A stretch of 64,000 nucleotides of DNA from Hyphochytrium catenoides (lineage: Eukaryota > Protista > Hyphochytriomycota), in the NCBI GenBank assembly GCA_900088475.1, contig FLMG01002232.1, positions 6,338 through 70,337 on the forward strand. The letters are read 5' to 3'. Below are positions 11,101-20,160 of this stretch, piece after piece (the first letter of the stretch is position 1; the number at the start of each line of letters is the position of its first letter). The notes beneath the pieces are model-generated. The model saw nothing but the letters and a program-made list of their open reading frames with translations. It made no database searches and was not told the origin of the DNA. The position numbers and the translations under genes are program-made.

Positions 11101-11859
11101 CTTTATGCGGCGCAGGACTGGAACACCGAGGGCGGGACAGTGTGTCCAAACGTAGAGCAGGAATATAAAGGACGAGAGCACCGGAAAGGGGGATCTAGTC
11201 GAGGCCATACGGATCGAGAAAGAGAGAGTCATTTCGTGGAGACATATGAAAACGGAGTCAAGACAGAGAAGAGGTTGCTGGAGCTATGTGAAGAGTCTCG
11301 ATCCGAGTCTTCTCAGTGTAAAGCGCTGATCTTGGGCATTCACTTCCGGGCTTCCTACATCCAGGCTCTTACAAGTGTTCCACGCAAGAGCAGAGAGAGG
11401 CGAGAAGAATCGAATGAGGAGGAACGAGAAGCGGAGCTCTCAATTGAGAAGATTAGAGAGGAATTGTCTGAGACTATGGAGAGGCATTTTGAAAAGCTCA
11501 CTTCTCTGTGCAGCAGCGAAGTCTTGTCAAGCTATGGGAGAGAGCTACCACGATTACGGAGGTTGATTGATCTCAGTCGCGGTGTCCCGTTCTATAGCGA
11601 GATCAGCGCAGAAGAAAGGCTACAGATATGGCAAGCGATGGAGACGGAGGGGCTAAGTGAGCACATGTACGGAGGGTTCGGGTGGCACTGGTATCAATGC
11701 CCAAACGGCCATCCTTATTACATTGGAGAGTGTGGAGGAGCGAATGAAGCCAGAGCTTGCCCAGAGTGTGGCGCGGGGATCGGGGGAGGTAGTCATCGAG
11801 TTGCAGAGGGAAACACTTCTGCCAGGGCCTTCTTCCAGCCAGCGTTACAAGGAAGCTAG
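5176..11859 (+). CDS. ZNFX1: ZNFX1-like protein: UPF1-like SF1 helicase, NF-X1-type Cys/His repeats, RING-like segment and C-terminal RZ zinc finger; single exon, about 2227 aa from the ATG at 5176
   Basis: RHDNDPEDFRRIQIVPT and HFRLLRED (ZNFX1-family N-terminal signature); helicase motifs QGPPGTGKS, CYTNHALDQFL, EEAGE, IGDHLQLRP, QRRMRPEI, STVDNFQGNE and NVMLSRA; many LPCGH-C repeats; WYQCPNGHPYYIGECGG...CPECGAGIGG (RZ). Confidence 0.93.
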   Translation: MEERKRDIRPRREGRDEAPGRRTTAGRERAEEERKTAENGTKPSPGRGRGKEERRQNFDASITLPRAVWASELTKERPKEISSFLESALRVHWVDELVLFLSTEQGVKKLNAILSSPLSLTGSTGRERTFQSIGLNFLRLCTGEKLLSSSHASAVRTIYRVIYYLFLESFIHTLKTEKKHLKRLGLLSPSLSLLSSLLSALCTKVPGAASDPEIRRCAEDLTSWIITENLTGDAEEKSLQTLRATLRVCQQLGQREEREESSGTHPASSSDYRLRSTNGSLSLLSSLRLARPSHPSGPRHDNDPEDFRRIQIVPTQEEILSLEEPFLPQVGEVRPREEGLEAEDEEEELEEKFRLHLDRHFRLLREDFLAPYRRAIQWLLGPGPIYERLQGSKQSTRERKEENIPRLFVLSGVQVQGVKADLRCGILLSFSCRQPPAVQQMSKAKERRQYWENSKMLQPGALVAIAVGVPSFFVSSSPSKERANEEGGADGNANSFPRFREVGAELILFAVVAEGDVNSAIRRSHDPKELVVHLKVFLPSSQILTLGKRMETEGGYPPRQQTQNLLVQASSVFFPGYDPVLRSLQAHGEERDGVPKDIQRIICAMAGEEIWTTPPAYLLQSQPPRAYDIIRTPAPLSHSITFNLEHLVAEGRHSAMDLRKVAVQDYPRLKELLHYEEAQGNLLLDGSQVEAFCAALTHQCCLIQGPPGTGKSYVGTIIVRTILRQRSLVETSSHSSSASGRRAPRVVPILCVCYTNHALDQFLEGLVEAGIEKEKIIRMGGRSKSSLLEERNLTFLMRGGKGGGRSREESRALKAQFARYRELEDGLKDYAESLSLSPSSNFQQFQKWMKEFYPEQLENITGTEDEDGFQLVGKGGKQFTAFQRWQSWISGKSEVPVYRPLRKEMDNAELTTASPLLSSSSRSSSASSLLDLDSAALSREQEQTEAAPGEDVDLEELEDSETPFSIGERIGDSLETTEGEAESLLQLNFCTMWLLSPEQRLAVASYLNERFMQHRAEQFQRIVAECEEVVQRRRELEDAEKLRLLRSSHIVGVTTTGCAKYRELLTSLRPSIVICEEAGEVLEAQILSSISPGLKQLIMIGDHLQLRPKVEEYSLSAVSGRGYGLDISLFERLVCERTAHYMKESEGQRGRDPRDIMNEKGILVTLKTQRRMRPEIADLVRLTLYEDLKDSACVRDYPPLKGFTSSLYFLDHQHKEKESGGISKQNDFEARMVVELVEYLLRQGCYGTEDKTIAVLTPYLGQLVLIRRYLLERRIAMSVEEKDEEMIKEEEEDEERESSPQSTPSLSSTPLIQVRSLHSCVHLSTVDNFQGNEAAVILLSTVRCNAEGRVGFLKMSNRVNVMLSRAREGMIVLGSTSTIRQSRGATMLHAVLELLEDRNMLGSALQLRCQLHGRENSVSSPEDFRVKVPDGGCLLPCRARLPCGHVCPRACHVDDASHNAASLRCLEPCAKVLPCGHPCTERCCQPCVCRKLVKNVPLPCGHVLQSVACNELHRQDGRLPLCHHPVTISLPLCGHNVQVPCHELQSARKDGDAEGTMKISWLRKKSYSCSHPCGAVRADCSHPCSLRCGLCLVANLSDAEEAFAKALKEARERVTEGSNILEWNEHGGPCQQPCNRALLCGHLCTASPCHKAGQCPPCPLPCPNACPHSACQKLCKAPCPSCAEPCPWSCTHQGQCPLPCGSPCIRLPCDQRCERRLQGCGHQCPGLCGEDCPASEYCPSCGPRAAKGDEVVDLILLTALKDHDPSDSPLIRLPCGHIFTVETLDGCVGIESLYVRAESPSGGEREACWVAALPLSHSTSFGASPPACPHCRQPIYGVRRYGRAINYAVLQSAEKKFQGETSRAILQLQTQRRTVQRVLETLSDTKGQRAKRKRWESRWDRLLRIENMARKQVQMKTPTEEVLEKEISRLSQLFTTTDSNATKDLNLSTYRQTFQHKPMIDSRLELLSIQELLFRLYAAQDWNTEGGTVCPNVEQEYKGREHRKGGSSRGHTDRERESHFVETYENGVKTEKRLLELCEESRSESSQCKALILGIHFRASYIQALTSVPRKSRERREESNEEEREAELSIEKIREELSETMERHFEKLTSLCSSEVLSSYGRELPRLRRLIDLSRGVPFYSEISAEERLQIWQAMETEGLSEHMYGGFGWHWYQCPNGHPYYIGECGGANEARACPECGAGIGGGSHRVAEGNTSARAFFQPALQGS

Positions 11860-12236
11860 ACGAGTTGCACAACGCAGCGAGACAAAGGAACAAAACGTGA
11901 TCTGACCCGCTTGAGAAGCGTGGGGTGGGAGAGCTTTATAAAACTTTGACTCGGGATGTTGTTAAGAGCAGTGTATCAGCTTCTTAATGGGCCGTGGCAG
12001 ATGCCATCGGTGCGATTCCGTTTGGCTCTACTTTTATCCTAGTTCTAGCATACTTTAGTTCTGCGGCCGCTGCTACCCTTGGCTGAGGCCTGAAGAAGGA
12101 CCTCTCTATATCTTACAGGGCGACTAGTGCCGTATCCGACTTCCTTGAATAGAGAAGAAGGCATTCTTGGAGGCCATCTCTTGACTGTCATATCGAGAGT
12201 TGCTGCCGGTTCCATTCTTTCCTGATGGCTTCTTAG

Positions 12237-14435
12237 CTAGGCCCATTGCTTGAGCCTGCTATAACCTCCGGGGCGATGTTTGTCTAACAGTCTCCTGAAG
12301 TAGAACACCTGGCCAAGCAAGACGGCCAAATAAAGCAAACTTTCCAAGACAGAGTACCACTTCGATGATGACTTCATGGACTGTTGGACTACATAGCAAG
12401 GAGGATAAGTGAGATACAGCGCCTGCCATCTTCTCGCCAAGAGAGAGAGATAGAGCAGCACAGAAGAGCAGAGGATGGAGAAGATACTTAAGCCAGATTA
12501 CCTGCTATCTGGCTCATAGTATGCCACTGATAGAGCTGTTGCTCCGACTCCACGACGCCTAGCTTTGATTCTACTCGAAACAGAGCTTCTTCCACAGGTT
12601 TCAAGTTCTCTGAGGTCAGAAGGCGACAGGGCAAAGGGATGAAGGGAAAGAGTGAGAACCTTTTAGGGTTTACGACTGAGTGCATAGACAGCCACTTTGC
12701 CATGGCATAGGCAATGAAGAGATAAGATAAACCCCGAGGGAACAGCCTACGGAAGCGGTAATATGACCTTACTTGCGTTGATAGGGTGATTCTTCTTAAG
12801 CGTTTCAGTCGCAATGGTGATTCGTTTCGGATCGCCATAGTGCACGTTGTTAAAGCAGATTGAGTAGGTGCCCAAGGTGCTGAGGAAGAGAAAGAGAGAT
12901 AGAGGGATCATTAAAATCCATACGCCCAAGAGAGACAGAGACGCATGAGGAACTCCAGCTCCACTCGTCCACTTGTATGGTGTTAAGGTAAGCCTAAATC
13001 GAAAAGTATCACTTACACGACTGGAGCTCGGAAGAAGCCTTGCGGCTCACGCGATATCGTCCAGATCATCTTCCCATCAGGGTCACTTATCTATAGCAAG
13101 GCAAGAATTAGAACAAACAAGGCAAAAGGAGAGCTTGAACCGGAGAGATAGGCGACGCGTAATTTGGAGTTAGTTGAAGCTTTTAAGAGGAGGAAGGAGC
13201 AATGGAAGGACAAAACATCCAGGATACTGATATGACCATCGGAACAGATTCTAGAATTGCACGGCAAAGATGGATAGAAGCTTAAGATTAAAGAGGATCG
13301 CAGCTTGTGGAGGAACCTCTTGCCTGAACATCAATCTCATTCTCAGCAGAGGACACATAGTATCCCACTGCGAGGACTTCACTCTCACCCAAGTCCACAG
13401 TGATATCCTCATAGAAGCATTCGAAGCTGCCCGCCGGCACCACGAAGGTCAGAGAGCTGGACGCCGCGAAGTCAAAGTCCTCGAGCTGTCCCACATTTCC
13501 TACGGTGGCCTCCTAAAGAGCATCCACCCATTCAGCGTTTGAAGAAGGACAGCCCGAGAAGACAGGGCATGTGAGCCGAACTTCCCCGTAATGAATACAA
13601 TATAAAAATAGATGGGCACAGAGAGCTAATGAGGAGTGGCAAGACTGCTCGAAGCATAGCACGAGGGAAAGGAAAGCCCAGGGACGCGAAGACTAACAGA
13701 GATGTGGAAGAAGCTCTAAACCAGTACAAAGGGAGGTCAGATCAAGGCAAGCCGCTACAAGAGGTAGGCAATCCAGGCAAGCGCTGGCAAGACTTTTAGA
13801 GTAACAGAGTAGCTGATGGCGGCCGAAACCTTGCGTGCGGTAAAGACAAAAGAGGTGGCGACCGGGCGGTAGTGGAGAGACAGCAGCAAGAACTACAGTC
13901 TTGTCTTACCTTCACTGCCTGCTCAAACCTCTCGTCAATGTTCCCAAAGTCATCGGCAACAACTTCTGGCCTAAGCCGATCCTTGCCCATATCACCCAAG
14001 GAGCTTTGTTGAGCTGTTTAGAGAGTGAGATAGGATATACAAGTGATAAATTGCTTGAGGTCAGTGTCACGACATTGCCTCAGAACGAGCGAACCAAGCG
14101 GTGAACTTCTAGTCACGACCTTTTGCTGAGGCTTTTGATGCTGTGTCTGCCTTCGTGGCTCCTGTCGTAGGTCCTTGTGTGGTAGAGCTTACCGCCGGTC
14201 CAGCAGGTGCTGTCGATGTTGCCTTTGGAGTGCCAGATGAGGATTGAGAGCCTGTCTCCCCTGCAGTTGATGGAGGAGGAGTAGGAGCGGCTGTCGTGGA
14301 GGAGACCATGGAAGGGGCAGCAGGTTTCGAATTAGATGTATCTGTGCTTTCTGCTGAAAGGCAAAGACCGCATCTCTCAAGGGAGATCGCGGCACATAAG
14401 AGCATAATCCATCCCGCTGTGTTATGCAACTTCAT
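12237..14435 (-). CDS. p24/TMED (emp24/gp25L) GOLD-domain cargo receptor with signal peptide and Ser/Thr/Pro-rich N-terminal extension; 7 exons
   Basis: Spliced: MKLHN...signal...S/T-rich...AK|AQQSSLGD...FEQAVK|EATVG...LTFVVPAGSFECFYEDI...IDVQ|ISDPDGK...|TLGTYSICFNN...|coiled coil|...KWYSVLESLLYLAVLLGQVFYFRRLL. This gives GOLD domain, coiled coil, TM segment and short tail. Confidence 0.85.
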
Positions 14436-15296
14436 GACTCCAAAAAATCTGCAGGTGCACTTGAAGAGCACGCTTGCTTGCTGGCAAATGAAGAGACAGA
14501 TTACCGCAGATCAGGAACTGGTAAGCCGTCCGTTGCCCCTCACAGTTGACAACGCAGCTCTTCCTGATTGGCCAGAGCTCTTAGGAGCTAGGAAGCGGCG
14601 CCTTTGTTCTGCTAAGGAATAGAACGAAGGCGATACTGCTGGCGGCGCTTTGAACAGAAGATGAAAATGTATGTTGACAGGAAAGATCTTCACAAGGTTG
14701 GTGAGACTTTTTCTTGGTACGCTAACGGCTATATCTGCATCGGTTCTCAAGTACAACTGAGACAGAGCGAGAGACAGAGTGAAGGGAGGGAGAAAGAAGA
14801 GAGATAGGCGAAGAAAGAGAAAGACGGCCTTCGGAGTCTATTGCTTGCCGTTATCGGCCATCTGTCTGCAAATGTGGTGGCGATGGGGGAGGAGAAGTGG
14901 TCCTGAGACAACGATGCCAGTGCTTTTGACAGCCGATGATAGTCAGACTCTCATCAGTCACTATCGCCCTGCAAGCTCCATTCGGCAGCAATAGTGACCG
15001 GAGACAGTCACCAAATCCTGTAGCACCCGCAGCCAAGCCGCTTCCCCGGGTAACATCCGCCTACCCAGCGCGTGGAAGACAGCTCCCCACTGAAGAATCA
15101 AAGTGCGCCACCAGCGCCAGCGCCAGCGGATGCAAGTGATCATCTGCTGCTAGACGAGACAGTCTTTAGGAAGGCTCGTAAGTCCAAGAGTTTCACCTAA
15201 CGGCCACTTGCCAGTTAAGCACTTTTTGCTTGTCAACCATCTCTTTTCGTCTGCTCACCCTCAACAACAGCCCTCTTGCTACCACCTTATATTAAG

Positions 15297-16844
15297 ATGG
15301 TGCGGAGGGCACATCGTGACGTAGAAGTTAAGGTGCTTGACCATGTACCTTGGCCCATGACGAAGGAGATGTTAGTGGATGTCCTAGGACAAAGAGTATC
15401 GAACTTCAGCGATACCGTCATAGCAAGTCTGTGGGGAGGCGTAGGGACCGTGTCCCGCATTTTTATTGAGCTCAAGAACGAAAAGGACGAGTCAAATCGA
15501 CGAGGAGAAAGGCGAGGAGTACGAGACTCTATTACGAAGAAGGAGGCCTGTCAAACATTGATAGTCAAGCATGTCGACGCACACTTTGGGAGCGACAAAA
15601 AGTCACGCACGAAAGTTCAAAGTTATAGGGTAGAAGGAACTTTCTATAGAGACTTTGCGCAACAGCTCAACGCCAGGCATATCCGCGTCCCAGAGCCAGT
15701 TCTTGTCGCCGATGATGTGCTGGGCAACGAGTTCTTCTTTATTCTTGAGGATCTTCTAGTTAGCTATCCGGTTCAGAAAGAAGATTTGACGTTTTTAGAG
15801 GCACAAGCTGTCGTCCGCTGGATGGCAAAGTTCCATGCCTTCTTTTGGGAGAGTGCGCAGTCTTCCCTTTCAACAGCGTTAGGAAAAGTCGGGAGCTACT
15901 GGGAGCTGGAAAAGCGCCAGCCAGAGTACCGTGACCTAGAGTATGAGTATCTCCAAGTGTATAAAAGAATGAGAAGGCGATATGGAAGCTCCTTTGCAGA
16001 GGAAAAAGGTACAACTCTATTGCTGAAGCTGCGCACTTCTCCTCTGGGTGAAACTCCTGTTTTTATCCTAATTCGTCTGGCTCCTGAATCTCTCGTCCTC
16101 TCTTTCGCTATTCCATCTCTTCAATGTCATCTTGTCGCTATGCTTCGTACGCAGGCATGTTCTGTTCTGACACCAGGAACGTTGAGCGTTACCAAAAGAT
16201 GGCCATCTGCTGAAGCGGTATGATGCTTACACCCTCAACCCACAGGTATGGAGCAACTAGGAAAGCGACTGAAAGCCATCGCCAAGCCTGTCGATGCTAT
16301 CTTGCGTGGTCATACTACCAAAAATTCCGAGGACGGCGGGACAAGCCCACCCGACTCGGTGCGGTATATGACAGTGGTTCATGGGGACGTCAAAGGGGCA
16401 AATATTTTGCTTCGAAGGACAGAGCAGGGAGCTGGAGAGAAGTCTTCGAGCTCGAATCAGTGGGAAGCTGCACTTTATGACTTTCAATGGTGTGGACGAG
16501 GATATGGCGTCGTGGACTTTGCCTACTTCATGTGCTCGTCAGTCAAGAGTCCTGCAGCTTGTGAACAAGAGCTTCTCACCTTATACTACGATGAGCTAGT
16601 CGAAGGTCTGGGTGAGGATCGTGTTCCTTCGTTGGAGGTCATGACGCGGCTTTATGAAATTGCCCTTATTGACTTTGTCCGCTTCCTTGTCTCCTGGGGC
16701 ATGTGGGGCGATGAGAAATGGATTCTCCGAAGGACCAATGCGATCATGTCTGTACTTGATGGAGGAAGATTACTGACAGCTGAAGAGTACGCAGAGGCAT
16801 TACATGCCTATTTGGACTCTGTTGGCTTCACAACATTTAGATAA
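15297..16844 (+). CDS. Ecdysteroid-kinase-like / APH-choline kinase superfamily small-molecule kinase; exons 15297-16008 and 16246-16844
   Basis: SLWGGVG, LIVK, SYRVEGTFY, ILEDL, AKFHA, VVHGDVKGAN (catalytic loop) and LYDFQWCG (metal-binding). A phase-1 GT-AG intron joins EKG|MEQL. Confidence 0.85.
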
Positions 16845-18128
16845 CCAACTGGGAGGTAGCTTCAGTGTATAAAGTTATTTATTGCTATTAGTCCATGTGG
16901 CTTTGTCGCCCCGGTGGTGGTGGGGACTTACGGTGAGGTACCAAGAGTGTTCTTTGTGACAGACAGACAGCAGATGAATATGGGGATTTATCTCCCTGTG
17001 ACGGCCTAAGCTTGATGCCTGAAGCTTATGTAAGAGTTCTCATAAAAGAGGAGACTGAGCTCATAGAAGAGGGACAGGGACGTCTACCGAGAATGTGATG
17101 CATAAGGTCCCGTCAGACCACGTTTGCCACTCAACTAAAGGCAACCACACTAAGAGATATTTTGAAGGAAGAGGAAGGAGGGTATGGAGTCCCTAAGGTG
17201 GCGGTGTAAGTGAGCCTGCTCAAAGGCCCAAACGCGCTTACAATCACTGACAGAAAGAACTCCACAAAAAGTCCCTTCTCTGGGCGGCTACTTATCCACC
17301 AGTAGACCGTGATTCGGTGCAATCTCTGCGTTACGACACAACACTTCCACGTATCTAGCCTGTGCCAGCTTTTAGTTGATTATTCGGGACCTATCATGAC
17401 TACCGCCCGCGACTACATGACTACCGTGCTCGTTAAGCTTCCAGACCTATTTTGCACCATGAAAATAAGGTGTAAATGGGAAGGGAGATAAGCCATTACC
17501 GTCCCGCATTCTTTTATGTAGTTGTCCCATCGAAGCGTCGTACCACGTCCAAGTGACAAAGTTGCTCCTGCTTGCTCTCGATTGCTTAAATGCTAAAGCT
17601 GCTTCCAACTACTTGGCGCCGCAGGACGGTCGTCTCTTGCTCTGTATTTGGTCTCCTCGTCCAGGAAATCTATTGTTGAAGACGCAGCTGTTGTTGACGA
17701 TAAAAAGCTTCAGAAAGAACGGACTCTTCGGATGTCTGCATCAAGAAAAGCCTCTCAGATTGCTGTCGGTTAGCGGCTATGCGTGATCCAGCACGAAAGA
17801 GATCAGTAATACGTTATCAATTGATGATCTAGTGCCGTTAGCTCCTTCCAGAGGCTGTTATTTTGCTTGCCATCAGGATGAAGAGGCACAATAAAATCTC
17901 CGGATGAAGCAATAGAATGTCTCTGCTTATTACGGGCGGCTGGTTGAGAAGAGGCACAGAGACGGAGAGACGAGAGAGTTACGCCGCGTCAGAAGAGAGC
18001 AGGTGTCAGGTAGAACACAGTACAGGTTTATTTCGAGACTGTCTTTGGCCGTTCCCTTGACGGGGCTGCACGAAGAGCGGTGACATAGGGTGCTCGGAGG
18101 ACTTCTGGCAGAGGACTGTAAGTGACGG

Positions 18129-19436
18129 ATGGCATCTATTCTCCCTGAGGGCAGCTATACCACTACCATTTATGGCCTGATTAAGGACCAGCAATATGCA
18201 GAGGCTGCACGGATTCTTCAATGGGAATTGCAGAACTTCCCGAGAAGTCGTGCTGCTCTGTCTCTCCTCGGCTATTGCTTCTTCCACATGCATGACTTCA
18301 ATAATGCAGCTCTAATCTATGAACAGCTTGTGAAGATTCATCCTGAGGTTGAGGAGTACAAGATCTATTATGCCCAAGCACTGTACAAGGCTGGCATGTT
18401 CCTTGAGGCTACAAAGGCATCACACAGGGTCGATACCCAGCAGTTTGGCCAGAGAGTCCTCGTCCTACAGGTTCCGCCTAATCTTTCCAGCCAGCCTGCC
18501 TTCCGTGCTACTCTGAGTTACAAGACTACCTTTCCTTCATGCTTAGTTTCTAGCGCTTGTTCTAAGTTTGTCTTTTTAGTCATTGTACTCATTCTCCTGC
18601 CTACGCCACAGTCTGCCATCAAGTACGAACAGGACGACTTGCCAGGAGCCAAAGCGTTGCTTGATCAATGCCTTCCTGATGACCCTGATACTGTCATCAA
18701 CTACGCATGCGTTGCGTTCAAAGAGGTAAGCCAGGGGATGATGGGTTACGGACACTGTGGGTGTGCACGAGCGAAAGAGCCAGAGGCACCGGAAAGTATA
18801 TCCATTTACCAGGATCAACCAACAAGTAAAACGGACAGTGAGGATAGTCTCAGCCAGTCACGCACAGAGAGAGAGAATGAGAGTATGTGTGCGAACGAGA
18901 GAGTCTTTGTGTTCATATTTGTGTGAGAGTGCAGGGATGAGAAAGCGAGAGAGGAGATAGAATGCGCGCCTATGCGTGTCTCTTTGATTGAGGGAAAGAG
19001 AGAGCCTATTCTAAGACAAGGGAAGGAAGATTATGGAAGGAAGCAGCAGCAAGGGGAGAGGGAGGGAAGATGCGATAACGGATGTAGACTAAGAGAGCAT
19101 AACACAGTAGGGCATAACCTTTACTGATGCTGTCCGCTTCGTACTATTCAGGGGAAGTTTGATGACGCACGTCAGAAGTTTCAGGATGCAATGAACACGT
19201 TGGGACACAAAGCAGAGCTCTCTTACGCGATTGCCCTGTGCTACTATCAGCTGAAGCAGTATGGACCAGCGTTAAAGTGTATCGCTGAAATTATTGAGAG
19301 AGGGGTCAGAGAGCATCCAGAGCTGAGTGTGGGAAGCAACGCGGATGGCGTAGATGTAAGGANNNNNNNNNNNNNNNNNNNNNNNNNNNNNNNNNNNNNN
19401 NNNNNNNNNNNNNNNNNNNNNNNNNNNNNNNNNNNN

Positions 19437-19488
<52 letters not shown>

Positions 19489-20127
19489 CCTATCTATCTA
19501 TCTATCTACCTATCTATCTCTACCCTTCCTCGCATACACTCAGTCTTTCTCAATTTCTCTTAATACCTATCTACCTATCTATCTATCTATCTATCTGTTT
19601 CTCTCTCTCTCTAGCTAGCTATCTATCTCTCGGTCAAAAGTACATGTACACAGCGAATCCATTGTCCCCTCTTTGTCGTCCTCGTCTCGCTCCTCCTCTG
19701 TCCCATTACTCGGTTCTTCTTCTGCACTATGCATAGTGCCCTCTCTCGCAGTCTTCGTACGCCTGACGGTTCTAACAATTACTCTCCCTCGTACACACAT
19801 GTTCCTCACCTCTGACCTCGTTCCTACATCCATCACATTCAGCGTCGGCAACTCTACCGTTCTTCGGGACACCGCGCTCGTAGAAGCTTTCAACTTGAAA
19901 GCAGCAATCGAGTTCAACATGAAGAACATGGAGGCAGCCAAGGAAGCGTTGACTGACATGCCACCAAGGAGAGAGGAAGAGTTGGACCCAGTTTCTTTGC
20001 ACAATCAGGCTCTCATGAACATGGATGCAGGTAGGAGCTTCTATGGGCTTGTCCAATATGAGTAGATTGAGTAGTGACATATGAGACAAACTGAGTGATC
20101 TCCGTCGGCGTGCGTGAGTGTATGGGA

Positions 20128-20160
<33 letters not shown>

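Noticed and set aside
13532-13729. Alternative p24 start with a hydrophobic stretch (MLRAVLPLLISS...)
   Set aside because: It lies inside a clean phase-0 GTAAG...TTTAG intron of the longer model; kept only as a less likely alternative
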